From positions 51,336,001 through 51,400,000 of the forward strand of contig OX597817.1 of assembly GCA_951406725.2 (NCBI GenBank): a stretch of DNA of 64,000 bases, in the 5' to 3' direction. A program made the translations under genes and the position numbers. The DNA is from Octopus vulgaris (taxonomy: Eukaryota). A model generated the notes under the pieces. The model ran no database searches. It had not been told where the DNA came from and saw only the letters and a list, made by a program, of their open reading frames with translations. This document shows, one piece after another, positions 29,064 to 42,139 of the stretch (the stretch's first letter is position 1; every line of letters begins with the position of its first letter).

Positions 29064-30555
29064 TTAGCGGTGGTGTTTGTATTTTTCCCCTCTGTCTAAA
29101 AAATGGTTGTTGAGGTAAGGGGTGTATTCTTTGTTAAAGTTCTGGTTGTATGTGTAGGAGTGTTTTTGGGTGGGGAGGTTGGAGGGGGGTAGGTAGTTGT
29201 CGTATTTGTGTTGGTATGGGATGCGATGGTGTAAGGATTTGTGAGAAATGCGATGGGTTTGTGGGTGTGTGTCTGGTAGATTGTATGGGGGGATGTAGGG
29301 GGGTATGTAGTTGTGGTGATTGGGTTCGTGTGGGATGTGAGGGTTTGGAGATCTGTAGGAGATGTGGTAGGAATGTGGTTGTTGGATGGGTGGACTATAG
29401 GGGGTTCGTTGGGTGGGTCTTATATGTATCGGTGTGGGTAGGATGCCTTGTTTGTTATTAGTGTGAGGGAGGGGAGCCTTGAGGGGGGATAATTTCTAGT
29501 GTATGGGAGGTTCTTGAAGGTTCTAATCGGTGGGGGAGGGGTGTTAGAGTGATTGGAAAACCAGGTTTTGTGGTGGGTCTTGTTTGAGATGTTTCGGGGG
29601 GAAAGGGTTTTTTATATGGTTGGGGGAGGTTGTGTCCTGTTAGGAGGGGGTTTGGAGAGTATGTGTATTTGAGGTGCGGTTTGGAATGGTGTTTATGGGG
29701 TACAGTGGAAGTCTGTGTTGTGGGTACTTTTATGAATGGGTTTTTGGATTTATGGTTTAATATGAATTGTGTTTCATAGTTGAGGAAGAAATCTTTGTTG
29801 TTTTCCCAGCGTTTGAGGGAGGTTCGTTCTTCCTTTTCACATTCATCTTTCCATAGTTTAATAACAAGTTCGAGGGGCTGTTCGTTGGTGTGTGAGGTTA
29901 GTTCTAGAAGTATCTCATCGTCTATTTTTGTGTATTTTTGTTCGTGGTTTTGTGCTCTGAGTTTTAGAAGTTCTACTTCGGTTTTCATTTTTTCCAATGT
30001 TAGTTTTTCTCTTAGGGAGCGTTGTTTTTCAGGTTCGTCTGGGATGTGTTTGATTTGGAATTTTCGGGGTAGTATGATAGGGGAGGAGTTTAACCATTTG
30101 TCGTAAATATCAGCTTTGTTTTGGTTTTTGAGCATGTTCCAGAAGAGAAGTTTTCTGTTGTGTAGTTTCTTAGTCCAAGTAGTGATGATCTGGTTTTTAA
30201 TGCGTTGTGCTGGGGTTGAAATGTGTTCCTTCTGTGTGTTGAGTGGTGTCTGAGGTCTCTTTGGCGTTGAATTGGTAAGTAGAGTTTTCAGTGTAGTGTT
30301 GATTTCATTTAGGTTTACATCTATCTTATCCGAAAGTAGAGTTTTCAGTGTAGTGTTGATTTCGTTTAGGTTTACATCAATTTTATCCGAAAGTTGTTGA
30401 TGATGGTTGTTTTCTGAATTGTCCCGGGATTGAAGGAGAAGTTCGTCAATTTTTTTGGAGAATGTAAGTAGATGTGTATTGAGTACTTTGAGTTCTTTTA
30501 GAATGGTCTTATTGGTGACTGTCTCTGTAAGAGTGCTCTTGTTTTTCGGAGGCAT
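29064..30555 (-). CDS. PLE upstream ORF1 (coiled-coil, Pro/His/Tyr-rich tail), frameshifted near 29460-29600
   Basis: 365-aa ATG ORF with helical K/E/L-rich heptads and a 19-aa duplication LSDKIDVNLNEINTTLKTL. A second frame is open from about 29495 (NNKQGILPTP...) to NNHFLDRGEKYKHHR* at 29064. Confidence 0.75.
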
Positions 30556-30583
30556 TCTGAATCACACGTGTGGTAGAGGGTAC

Positions 30584-32154
30584 AGATCAATAAATGGTGG
30601 GGTTGTGTTGACCGCACGTGGAGAAATGATAAGTAAGGAAAAATTTTTTTAAAAATGCAGAATGCTCAAATGAAAGAAAATTTTAATAAAATGAGAAAAT
30701 GATAAAATATATAAATATATATATTTATTCAACCGGTTTTCGTCAATGTATGACTTGTCAAGAATATTTATGTTTTAAGAAGTTTTTTTAAAAATTAGAA
30801 AAGGGGAAAAAAAGAAAATTGCAATGTTTTTTGTAAAAGAATAATGATAAAAATGTACAAAAATTAAAAAATAAGTTCTCCGATACATTGTGAGTTCGTT
30901 GTGTATCTTGAGTTTTATGGTTGTTTACCAAAAAATTACCTTGAGGTGTTAAGATCCAAAGGGATTAAGAGCATGTGATGTGTTGTGTTGTTAAATTCAG
31001 CATGTTGCAGGACAGGAAGTAGTAGTAATTGTGGTCCTGGTTCTTCAGTTCCTGTGTTGTGAGTAAGGGGAGACAACTCTTTTGAGTTCTTCAATAAAAC
31101 CCAAATTATAAAACTATCATTTTAGCTTCATTTGCATTATCTTTTTTATATAATTGCTTGTTAACTTAACTTTCAGATTTTAACACTTTATTTATATTAT
31201 TTTCTAATAATATAAAACTGCATAGACAATTGCATTTCAAATTGTCATATCATTTATAATAAAAATGATAGTAGTAACAACAACAATAGTGAAAATGATA
31301 TTTAAAGAATATAAGTTTTAGCTTGAAGTGGTGAATGCATGGTATCTTTATATATTTGTGTTAGTCCATCCATGAAGAGTGAGGTAGAGAAAGGAAGTTT
31401 GATCAACGAGGAGTTTGCATATTAAGTTGTGTTTGGAATTTTTCAATAAAGAGATTCTCCTTGTTAATTCTCTCCTGTGTGGTGATCCCGTCTTTACATT
31501 GGTAGAAGGGGAATATATAGAATTTGGGGTTTAAGTCTTTAGCACATGAGTCTAAGTGGTCACTCAGTGGAATTTGTCGGTATTCCGGGAGATTTATTTG
31601 TTCTTTATGCACCGTTACTCGTTTACGTAACGGGAGACTCGTTTGTCCCACATAATTATGTTGGCAACCAGCGCATGTGAGAACGTAGATAAGGTTCTCG
31701 GAGGAACAGGAGAAGTTAGTCTTGATTTTAAACTTCGTACCTTGTTTGAAGGTAAATTCAGAGCCTTCAAGTAGAAAGGGGCAGGTACCACAGTTTGAGC
31801 GTGCACATTTTTTTACTGTTGGGGGTGGATGTGGTGTGTGAAGTTTGGCATTTGTCAAGAGTTTTTTTAAAGATTTGTGTTGCCTTTTGCATTTGAGGAT
31901 TTTGTGTGTATTTATAATGTTTTTCATTTTTGGGTCTGTTGACAGTAGACTGAGGTTTTGTATGATTGTGGTGTATGCTTCGATATTTTTGGGGTTGTGG
32001 GTGGAAATGTATGGAAGTATTTTGAGGTTGTGTGTGGTGTTAGGTTGGGTGGTTATCAGTGTAGTGTTGTCTAGTTCTTTGGCGCGTTTTATTCCATACT
32101 CTATAAGGGTGGAGGGATATTGACGTTGTAATAGTGTTTTTTTGAGGTCTTGAA
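30584..32154. repeat. pseudo-LTR copy 2 (5'-truncated tandem copy, includes the 251-aa EN ORF 31403-32158)
   Basis: Direct repeat of 25969-27538. Confidence 0.97.
30726..30766 (-). ncRNA. hammerhead-like motif, copy 2
   Basis: Identical to 26111-26151. Confidence 0.6.
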
Positions 32155-32351
32155 ACATTGCAATTTTCTTTTTTTCCCCTTTCTAATTTTTAAAAAAACT
32201 TCTTAAAACATAAATATTCTTGACAAGTCATACATTGACGAAAACCGGTTGAATAAATATATATATTTATATATTTTATCATTTTCTCATTTTATTAAAA
32301 TTTTCTTTCATTTGAGCATTCTGCATTTTTAAAAAAGTTTTTCCTTACTTA
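32153..32351 (+). repeat. inverted partial pseudo-LTR (rc of about 26015-26213) with hammerhead-like copy 3 at 32215-32255
   Basis: Direct reverse-complement match, with a short A microhomology at the junction. Confidence 0.93.
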
Positions 32352-33559
<1,208 letters not shown>

Positions 33560-33645
33560 TTTACTTTAATACTTTGATAGGTTTCGGCCATTATTGGCCC
33601 AGGCCATGTCTAACTTAATAGCACCACCTGGTGAAGTCTTTCAAG

Positions 33646-36600
33646 TCAGAATTTGGGCACTATGGCCCACTCAAGTAGAGAGTTATTGTTTACAGAGACA
33701 TATCCGGGTGTAGGGGGTTTATCCGGGATTTCTTGAAGGAATCTGTCCAAAGACTTCTTGAACCCTATAGGGTCAGTTTCTGTTTTAATGTGTTTTGGTG
33801 TAATGTTAAAGAGAGCGGGGCCAATTGAGGTGAAATAATTGTGCCGTATTGTTGTTATGAGATGAGAGTGCGATTTTTGTTTTGGGCGGATGGCACGGGG
33901 CCCAAGCCTTGGATGTACCTTAAAGGTGATGCCAACATCATTTGGGCAATGCTGATGGAATATTTTCCACATCATGCAGATGATGTAGCGCTCACGACGA
34001 CGTTGGAGAGAATAGAGTTTTAGCTTTTCTAGCCGACCCCAATAGTCGAGGCCTGTCATGCCATCTATCTTTTTTGTGATTGCCCTTTGAGGTGCTTCAA
34101 CTTTTATGATACCTTGTATTGTGTGGGGAGACCACAGTGGACAACAGTATTCAAGGTGGGGTCGGGCAAAAGTGGAGAAGAGAAGGATAATGGTGTGGAT
34201 ATATCTCGACTGGAAAGTTCTGAGAATCCAGGAACACATTCTGCGGGCCATGTCAACTTTGGTGTTTATATGAGTGGCCCAGCTTACGTTGTTGTCCACA
34301 ATTACTCCCAAGTCTCTGATGTTGTTGGACGCCGCGAGAGTTTCACCTGAAGGAAGGGAGTATGGGAGTTTCAGGGCATCCTCTTTTCCAAAGTGGATTA
34401 GCTCAAATTTATCCTCGTTCAGCAGCATATTGTTTTTTTCTGCCCATTGGATAACAGCCAGTAGATCTGACTGAAGGCATGTCCGGTCACTCGCCTCATT
34501 TATGACCTTCTGTAGCTTGGAGTCATCTGCAAAGATTTTTATGTTGCTGTGCTTGATGATGTCATTAATGTCATTAATGTAAATGATGAAAAGAAGTGGG
34601 CCCAGCATAGTGCCTTGCGGAACGCCACTACTGACTTTGGCTGGGCTTGATTTTACCCCTTCAACTACAACATGTTGAGATCTGTCTGTCAGGAAACACT
34701 TAATCTATTTCAGTATCTTTCCAGAGACACCAATGTTGGATAGTTTTTTCAATAGGATCTTGTGATCGACCCTGTCGAAGGCCTTACTGAAATCAAGGTA
34801 GATGACATCGGTGTTGGAGCCCTCTCCCAAAGCTCTCAAAATGTCCTCAAAGTGATGCAGGAGCTGCGTTAGGCAGTCCCTTCCATTACGGAACCCATGT
34901 TGGTTGGAGATCAGCCGTCTGTTGCTTTCCAGAAATTGGGTTATTCGAGATCTCACCACCCTCTCAAATACCTTGATGATATGAGAGGTGAGTGAGATCG
35001 GACGGTAATTCACTGCAAGGGACTTGTTTCCCTTTTTGAAAACTGGGACAACAGACTGGGACAGAAGGTTTTTTGGAATATAGCCAGCATCCAGTGAGTT
35101 TCTCCACAGATTAGCAAGGGGAGATACAAGTTGGTGTCGACACACCTTCAGGACACAAGCAGGGAACCTATCGGGGCCTACTGCTGAATTGTGTTTTATT
35201 TCGTTTATCGCCGCTAAGACATCAGGGGCACTAAACGTTATGTCCGATATAGTGTGTTGGGGGTTGACATCACTGATACAGCCCAGATCGGCCATATCAG
35301 GATTGCTGAAAACAGAGCAGTATTGTTTCTGCAGTATCTCGGCCATGGATTTGGCATTATCTTGGAGAGTGCCAGTTTCGTCAATTAGAGGGCCTACAGT
35401 GGAGACAGTGACCCTGCGTTTCCTCGCAAATGAAAAGAACACTTTGGGGTTGAGTTTGATTTTTTCAATGGCCCACTTCTCCTCAGCTGATCTTTGGTTA
35501 TTGATGAGGGTCTTCATGCATTGTTGGAGGTTATATTTTTTGGATTCAAGCAGTGCGATAGCCGTCGAATGTGTGTGTTGCTGTTGGCAGTACTTTAGCT
35601 TGTTAATTTTTTTGTTTGTTCTTTTTATTTTTCTGATAATGGTTTTTCTGTTTTGGGGGATTCTGCACTTTTTGTTCACAGGTCTTGGTGGGGAGTGTTT
35701 TGCACATATGTCTGTGACGGTGTCTACAAAGATCTGCCAAGATGTTTTATGGTTGGTGGAGATGTGTGTATGTGTAAAGGACCAGTCAACATTTGATAGC
35801 TCGTTCCTGATTGCATCCCAGTTGGCTTTATGGAGATCCATGTTGTCAAATGGGTGGGCTGGAGGAAGGTCACTAGGATTAGCTTTCGGCTGGTGGAATT
35901 TCATGTTACAGAGAACCATGTCATGGTCTGAAAGAAGGGTTTTTTCCACTGTAACGTTATGTATAGTGTTAGTGTGGTTACTAAACACTAGGTCCAAAAT
36001 GTTCTGATGTCTTGGTGCAAGGACAAGTTGGGACAAGAAAAACTCATTCGTAAAGTCGAAAAGTGACTCTGCTGCTTCTTTGTCAGCGGTTGAGGCGGGA
36101 GTGCTTGGTTTCAAACAGTTTGTAGTCCAGTCAACACAGGGTAGATTGAAGTCTCCCATCATGAGTATGTTGCTAGAATGGCACTGTTGAATAAAGCACT
36201 TAATGCTGTTGAGGCATTCTTTAAAGCACAGTATGGGTGTTTGGGGTGGCCTATAGAGCCCAATTACTGTCAGGTCATTGGCTTTGTTGTGCACGGTGAC
36301 TGATTCACAGTAGCCATTGGAGAATATACTATTTCCATCTGCCGTAAATGAATCATGCAGGAAAATGGCAGTTCCACCCTTCCTCCTGCCGATACGATCC
36401 GCGCGGATGGTTGTGAAATTCTTCACTCTCACTTCGGCTTCCAAGTGGGAGTTGTCAAGGTGGGTCTCAGTGAGAATGAAGAAAGGGATGTGGTGTGAAT
36501 GGTTACCAACCCAGTCTTCAATGAATTGGACCTTCCATTTTTGTGCATTGATGGAAGGGCTGACACCTTGTGCATTGAGTAGGAATGTGGAGGTTAGTGT

Positions 36601-36760
36601 AGTGGCTGGTTTTGACTGTTGCAGGGGGCTTGGATTTTTTGTGTGTGTTAGTGGCAGCAATGTGGGGAATTGGTGCACTGGGGTAATAGCATAGGATGGT
36701 GTTGAGTGATGGCTAGAATGTTTTTGTGTATCTCTTTTGCCATGTTCAACATGGCTAAAA
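33646..36760 (-). pseudogene. LINE APE endonuclease-reverse transcriptase with an in-frame stop (probably TGG to TAG) at 34705-34707
   Basis: LLNAQG, LTETHL, GLYRPP, MGDFN, LSDH, NYRPISLTS, YLDFSKAFD, GVPQG..LGPLLF, FADD. It reads GKILK*IKCFLTDR across the stop, in frame with the 320-aa ORF. Confidence 0.93.
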
Positions 36761-37875
36761 GAATTTTCCTGCTTAGGGAGCAGTTTTTGGCTGGAGGTGT
36801 GGTTGCACTGTTGGATAGGGTTGTAGTTTCCACTTTTGTTGTTGTTGTTTTTGTGTCTTCCTGAAAAGACTGGACCAGCATTACTGCAGCATGGTGTGTT
36901 TCTATTTTTATTGTTATTCAGGTTTGTGTGTTGGCTTGAGGCCCCGTTTCTGTTTGTGCGTCGGGTCCCTGGAAGATGAGTGAAGGGACAGTCACTCAGT
37001 AGACATGTTCTCTCACGTTAGGAATACCGGCAGATTTTGGGACTCCGAGTTGTGTGTGTTTTGAATTTCGATTTACTATTTGGTGGTGTTGATGTTATTG
37101 TGGGATGCGTGCTTTGGCCTTGGCCGGTAGTGCGTCTAGTGCCGGGTAGATGCGTGAAGATGCAGTCACTATTTGTGCAGAGTCTCTGGCGCAGTGAATA
37201 GCGGCATATTTGGGGATTTCTTGTTTGTGCCGTGGGGGGTGCATTCTGCTTCCTATGTTTCTTTAAGTTTTTGTTACTGCAGTAGTATTGAGGTGGTGAT
37301 GTGGGGGAAGAGGGCAGTGGTTTCTTATTTGGTTTTCTGTCGGTATTTTTGGTGATAGAAGACGATGGTGGCAGCGGTGGTGATGATGATGATGATAATT
37401 GTGGTGGTTGCTGTGAGAGCGGTGAAAAGATACTGGCATTTAGTGAATCGTCTAGTAAGCTAGAGTTGAGGAGTGGCTGTTGTTGTTCTTGTTGCTGTGG
37501 CTGTTGTTGTTGTTGTTGTGCCTGACCGATGTCAGGGTCAGCCATTGTGCTGGGAACCAGGAGTGGCTCATTCTGTTGTTGTTGTTGTTGTGGCTGCTGA
37601 TTTTCTAGCTGTTGTTGTTCTTGAACTGTGAAAATATGTAGAAGCTTTTCATAATGGCCTCTTAACAGTTTGAAAGATACTTCGATATGTTTCAACTTGC
37701 TACGAATCTGTTTGACGGATCGTGTGTTGACCACTTGTGATGTTTTTTCGGCAATCTCATTCAAACACAAGACATTTAGATTTTCTGTTTGGGAAAGAGA
37801 GAGCCATGTGTTTATTAAAACATCAATTTCGTTATCAGACCAATTTCGTCTGTTGCAGGCCTGCAAGTTAGTCAT
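36761..37875 (-). pseudogene. LINE ORF1-like region: Myb/SANT-like N-terminus, polyQ/S/P, two CCCH-type fingers, with an in-frame TAA at 37018-37020
   Basis: WSDNEIDVLINTW...RSVKQIRSKLKHI; ICRYSLRQRLCTNSDCIFTHLPGTRRT and ICRYS*RERTCLLSDCPFTHLPGTRRT. Confidence 0.75.
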
Positions 37876-38168
37876 GTTTGTTTTTCTTTTGTTTGTTTTC
37901 CTTTTGATTTTTGAAAAAATATATATTCTTTCTTGGGAGTTAAAGAAGTGTATATATATATAAATGTTCTCTCTTAAGGGTGTGAATTTTTGATTATTTG
38001 GTTGTTTGAGGATATTAAAAGAAAAACAGTTGTATATAACAATTTGTAGTTAAATGAAAACGTACTTACGGGTTTGTAGGCAAACACGTGGTTACAAATA
38101 TATATATATTTAAGGTCAGTTAGTTTTGAAGCTGTGTAGCTTGCTACTGACTTGGGAGAGAAACAAAT

Positions 38169-38465
<297 letters not shown>

Positions 38466-38494
38466 TAGATATATATATATATATATATATATCT

Positions 38495-38876
<382 letters not shown>

Positions 38877-39753
38877 GTACAGTGTACATTTAAACAGATA
38901 AGAGGTAACCATAATAGGATACCTGGCATGCTAGAAGCAATAGCCAAAATCCAAACCACCATTAAGGATAAATTTGGAGGGGAATAAAAATAAAAAAAAC
39001 ATTTACTATCATTTACATTTGTATTTTTCATTCCCTTCGAGATTTATCTCCAATAGTGGTTTGTATTTTGGCTATTAGCTCTCGCGTGCCAGCTATGATG
39101 GTTATCTCTTACGTATTTCAATGTTCACTGTATTTATATGAATAGTATATAGACTATTGACTAATTTTTCTACACGCTAGGCTACTAGTAGTAAAAATTT
39201 CTAAACTTTTTTCTTATATATATATATATCATCGTAAAACGTCCGCCTTCCATGCTAGCATGGATTGGACGATTTTAACTGAGGGCTGGCAAACCAGACG
39301 GCTGCACCAGGCTCCAATCTTGATTTGGCAGAGCTTCTATAGCTGTATGCCCTTCGTAACGTCAACTACTCCGAGAGTGTATATATATATATATAATTAA
39401 TAATATCAGGGTAAGAAAAAAGTTTAGAAATGTTTATTACCAGTGTCCTAGCGTGTAGAAAAACTAGTCAATAGTCTATATACTATTCATATAAATACAG
39501 TGAACATTGAAATACGTAAGAGATAACCATCATAGGATAGCTGGCACGCGAGAAGTAATAGCCAAAATACAAACCACTATTGGAGATAAATCTCGAAGGG
39601 AATGAAAAATACAAATGTAAATGATAGTAAATGTTTTTTATTTTTCATTCCCTTCCAAATTTATCCTTAATGTGGTTTGGATTTTGGCTATTGCTTCTAG
39701 CATGCCAGGTATCCTATTATGGTTACCTCTTATCTGTTTAAATGTACACTGTA

Positions 39754-39754
<1 letters not shown>
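38877..39754. repeat. nested inverted repeat (~340-bp arms, each itself palindromic)
   Basis: 38877-39216 is the rc of 39412-39754; within the left arm, about 38879-38992 pairs with about 39022-39131. Confidence 0.92.
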
Positions 39755-39800
<46 letters not shown>

Positions 39801-40384
39801 AAATATTATATAAAGAAATATTGTGCTAGATTATGCGATTTGGATTTACGATAGAACAATAAACCATTGTCACAAAGGATGATGCAAAGCAATGCCTAAA
39901 ATTAATTGCAAAATTCTCATCAAAATAAATTGTAATCTGGGAATATATATGCCAAGAGTTGTACTAGTTAATGCACATCATTTCACAGAGAAATTAACTC
40001 CGAGCTGCACTGTATGTAATAAAATAAGCGTAAAACAGGATATGCAAATTATCTCGTAATATGTAATGTAAAAGCTAAACGACTGGAATAAATTTTATGA
40101 TTCTGTACTGCCGCCATAATATATTCCACATAAAATGCTTTTTGATGTATGAGAGCAAAAACATCATTGATTATCTTGCCAGTTGTGTTTATATATTGTT
40201 TCTTTGAGATCTGAGAAATATTAGTTTCCTTTTTTTTGTCTTTTGTTGTGTTTTTTTTATGTTGTTGTTTTGCTATTTTTTTCCATTTCGATATATTGAA
40301 CATACGACGAAATTTTTTAAAATCTTTTAGAAAACGTGTTGGAAGATCGATGTGCTATAATCTATCAATATATACTAATGATTC

Positions 40385-40519
40385 GTGGAGATGCAATGGC
40401 CCAGTGGCGAGGGCAGCGGACTCGTGGTCGTTGGATCGCGGTTTCGATTCTCAGACTGGGTGTTGTGAGTGCTTATTGAGCGAAAACACCTAAAGCTCCA
40501 CTAGGCTCCGGCAGGGGGA
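40385..40519 (+). mobile_element. SINE family A, 5' fragment
   Basis: tRNA head through GGCTCCGGCAGGGG. Confidence 0.8.
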
Positions 40520-40593
40520 GCGCAATGTTTTTCATACGGTTGAATTGGCTTCAGTATTATACTGGTACATTATGTCATTAAACCCCAAAACAT

Positions 40594-40800
40594 TCTTTTC
40601 TAGGCACAAGGCCTGGAATTTTTTAGGGGGGCAGTCGATTAAATCGACGCCAGTACACAACTGGTACTTGATTTATCGATCCCAATAGGATGAAAGGCAA
40701 AGTGGACCTCGGCAGAATTTGAACTCAGAACGTAACGGCAGACAAAATATCGCTAAGCATTTCGACCGTCGTGCTAACGTTTCTGCCAGCTCTCCGCCTT
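40594..40800 (-). mobile_element. SINE family B monomer
   Basis: rc of the head and core. Confidence 0.85.
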
Positions 40801-41718
40801 TGAACCCAAAAAGACTGAAAAGCAAAGTTAACCACGGCGACATTTGAATGCAAGATGTAAAGAACCGGAAAAAATACCATGAAACATTCTTTCCGACTCT
40901 CAAACAATCTTTTGAAATTCTTTCTGAATTAGGATTAAATCTAGGAAATAAGTAAGAAGAAAGTTAGTCGATTCTGTTTACCCAGTTCTTAACTTATACT
41001 TTATTATGACGACCTTCAAAGAATACAAAGCAGAGTTGAGCTTGGCAGAATTTGAAGTCAAATCGTAAAATGAGAGGATAGATATAACGCACCATTTTCT
41101 CCAACACTCAGAGGATACTGCCTTCGCAGGAGATGAACGACGGCAATTTTCAGACCAGGCTTCATTATTTACTGAGACTCTGTAATTATTTTTGCTTATT
41201 GTTGAGTTCAAATTCCAGCGAGGTCGACTTTGCATTTTATCCTTTCCGGGTTGATAAATTACGTATCAGTTGAGTACGGGAGTCGATGTAATCGACTATC
41301 ATCTCCACCCCAATTTCAGGCTTTGTGTCTGGAGTAGAAAGGATTATTGTAGATAATTATTTATAGGATTAATCATAATTAACGTGTCATTGTCATAATT
41401 GTCAAAGATAAGGAAATACACACACATTTCTGAAAAGCTCTTAACAGAAAAGCTACGATGATAAACATTGGTACGCACCAGAAAATATTAATTCACATTT
41501 TTTCACAAACTAGCAATTTCGGGGGAATTTATGTTGATTACAATGAATCTCAGTGTTCAACTAGTGATTATTTTATCCACCCCAAAAGAATAAAAGACAA
41601 AGTCGACGTAGGCGGAGTTTGAACTAAGGACGTACGGACGGAAGAAATACCGTTAAGCATTTTTCCTGACGCGCTAACGATTCTACCAGCTTACCGCTAT
41701 AACGCTTCAGAAAATATT

Positions 41719-41921
41719 TTTTTCTACTCTAGGCACAGGGCCGAAATTTTGGGGGAGGGGGCCAGTCGATTAAATCGATCCCACAACGCAACTGTTACTT
41801 AATTTATCCACCCCGAAAGGATGAAAGGCAAAGTCGACCTCGGCAGAATTTGAACCCAGAATGTAAAGAGAGACGAAATATCGCTAAGCATTTCGCCCGA
41901 CCTGCTAACGTTTCTGCCACC
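41719..41921 (-). mobile_element. SINE family B monomer with a ~20-bp TSD
   Basis: ATAACG(C/T)TTCAGAAAATATT on both sides; an older copy lies next to it at about 41510-41698. Confidence 0.85.
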
Positions 41922-42098
41922 ATAACGTTTCAGAAAATATTACAAAATTATACAACGAGCCTCGACTATACAAGGGCGTCTCTTGTCTGAGGGTGTCTTT
42001 AATAATGTTAGTAAGGGTAAAGAATGTGATGCAGATTTGTAAATATACATATCTCTTGCTTGAAGAAAACAGGAAAAAAATGTCTTTTCTTCAGAAAC

Positions 42099-42139
<41 letters not shown>

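Noticed and set aside
35189-36694. Plus-strand ORFs of 272 and 125 aa (and similar ones at 27229-30106)
   Set aside because: Antisense shadows of retroelement ORFs.
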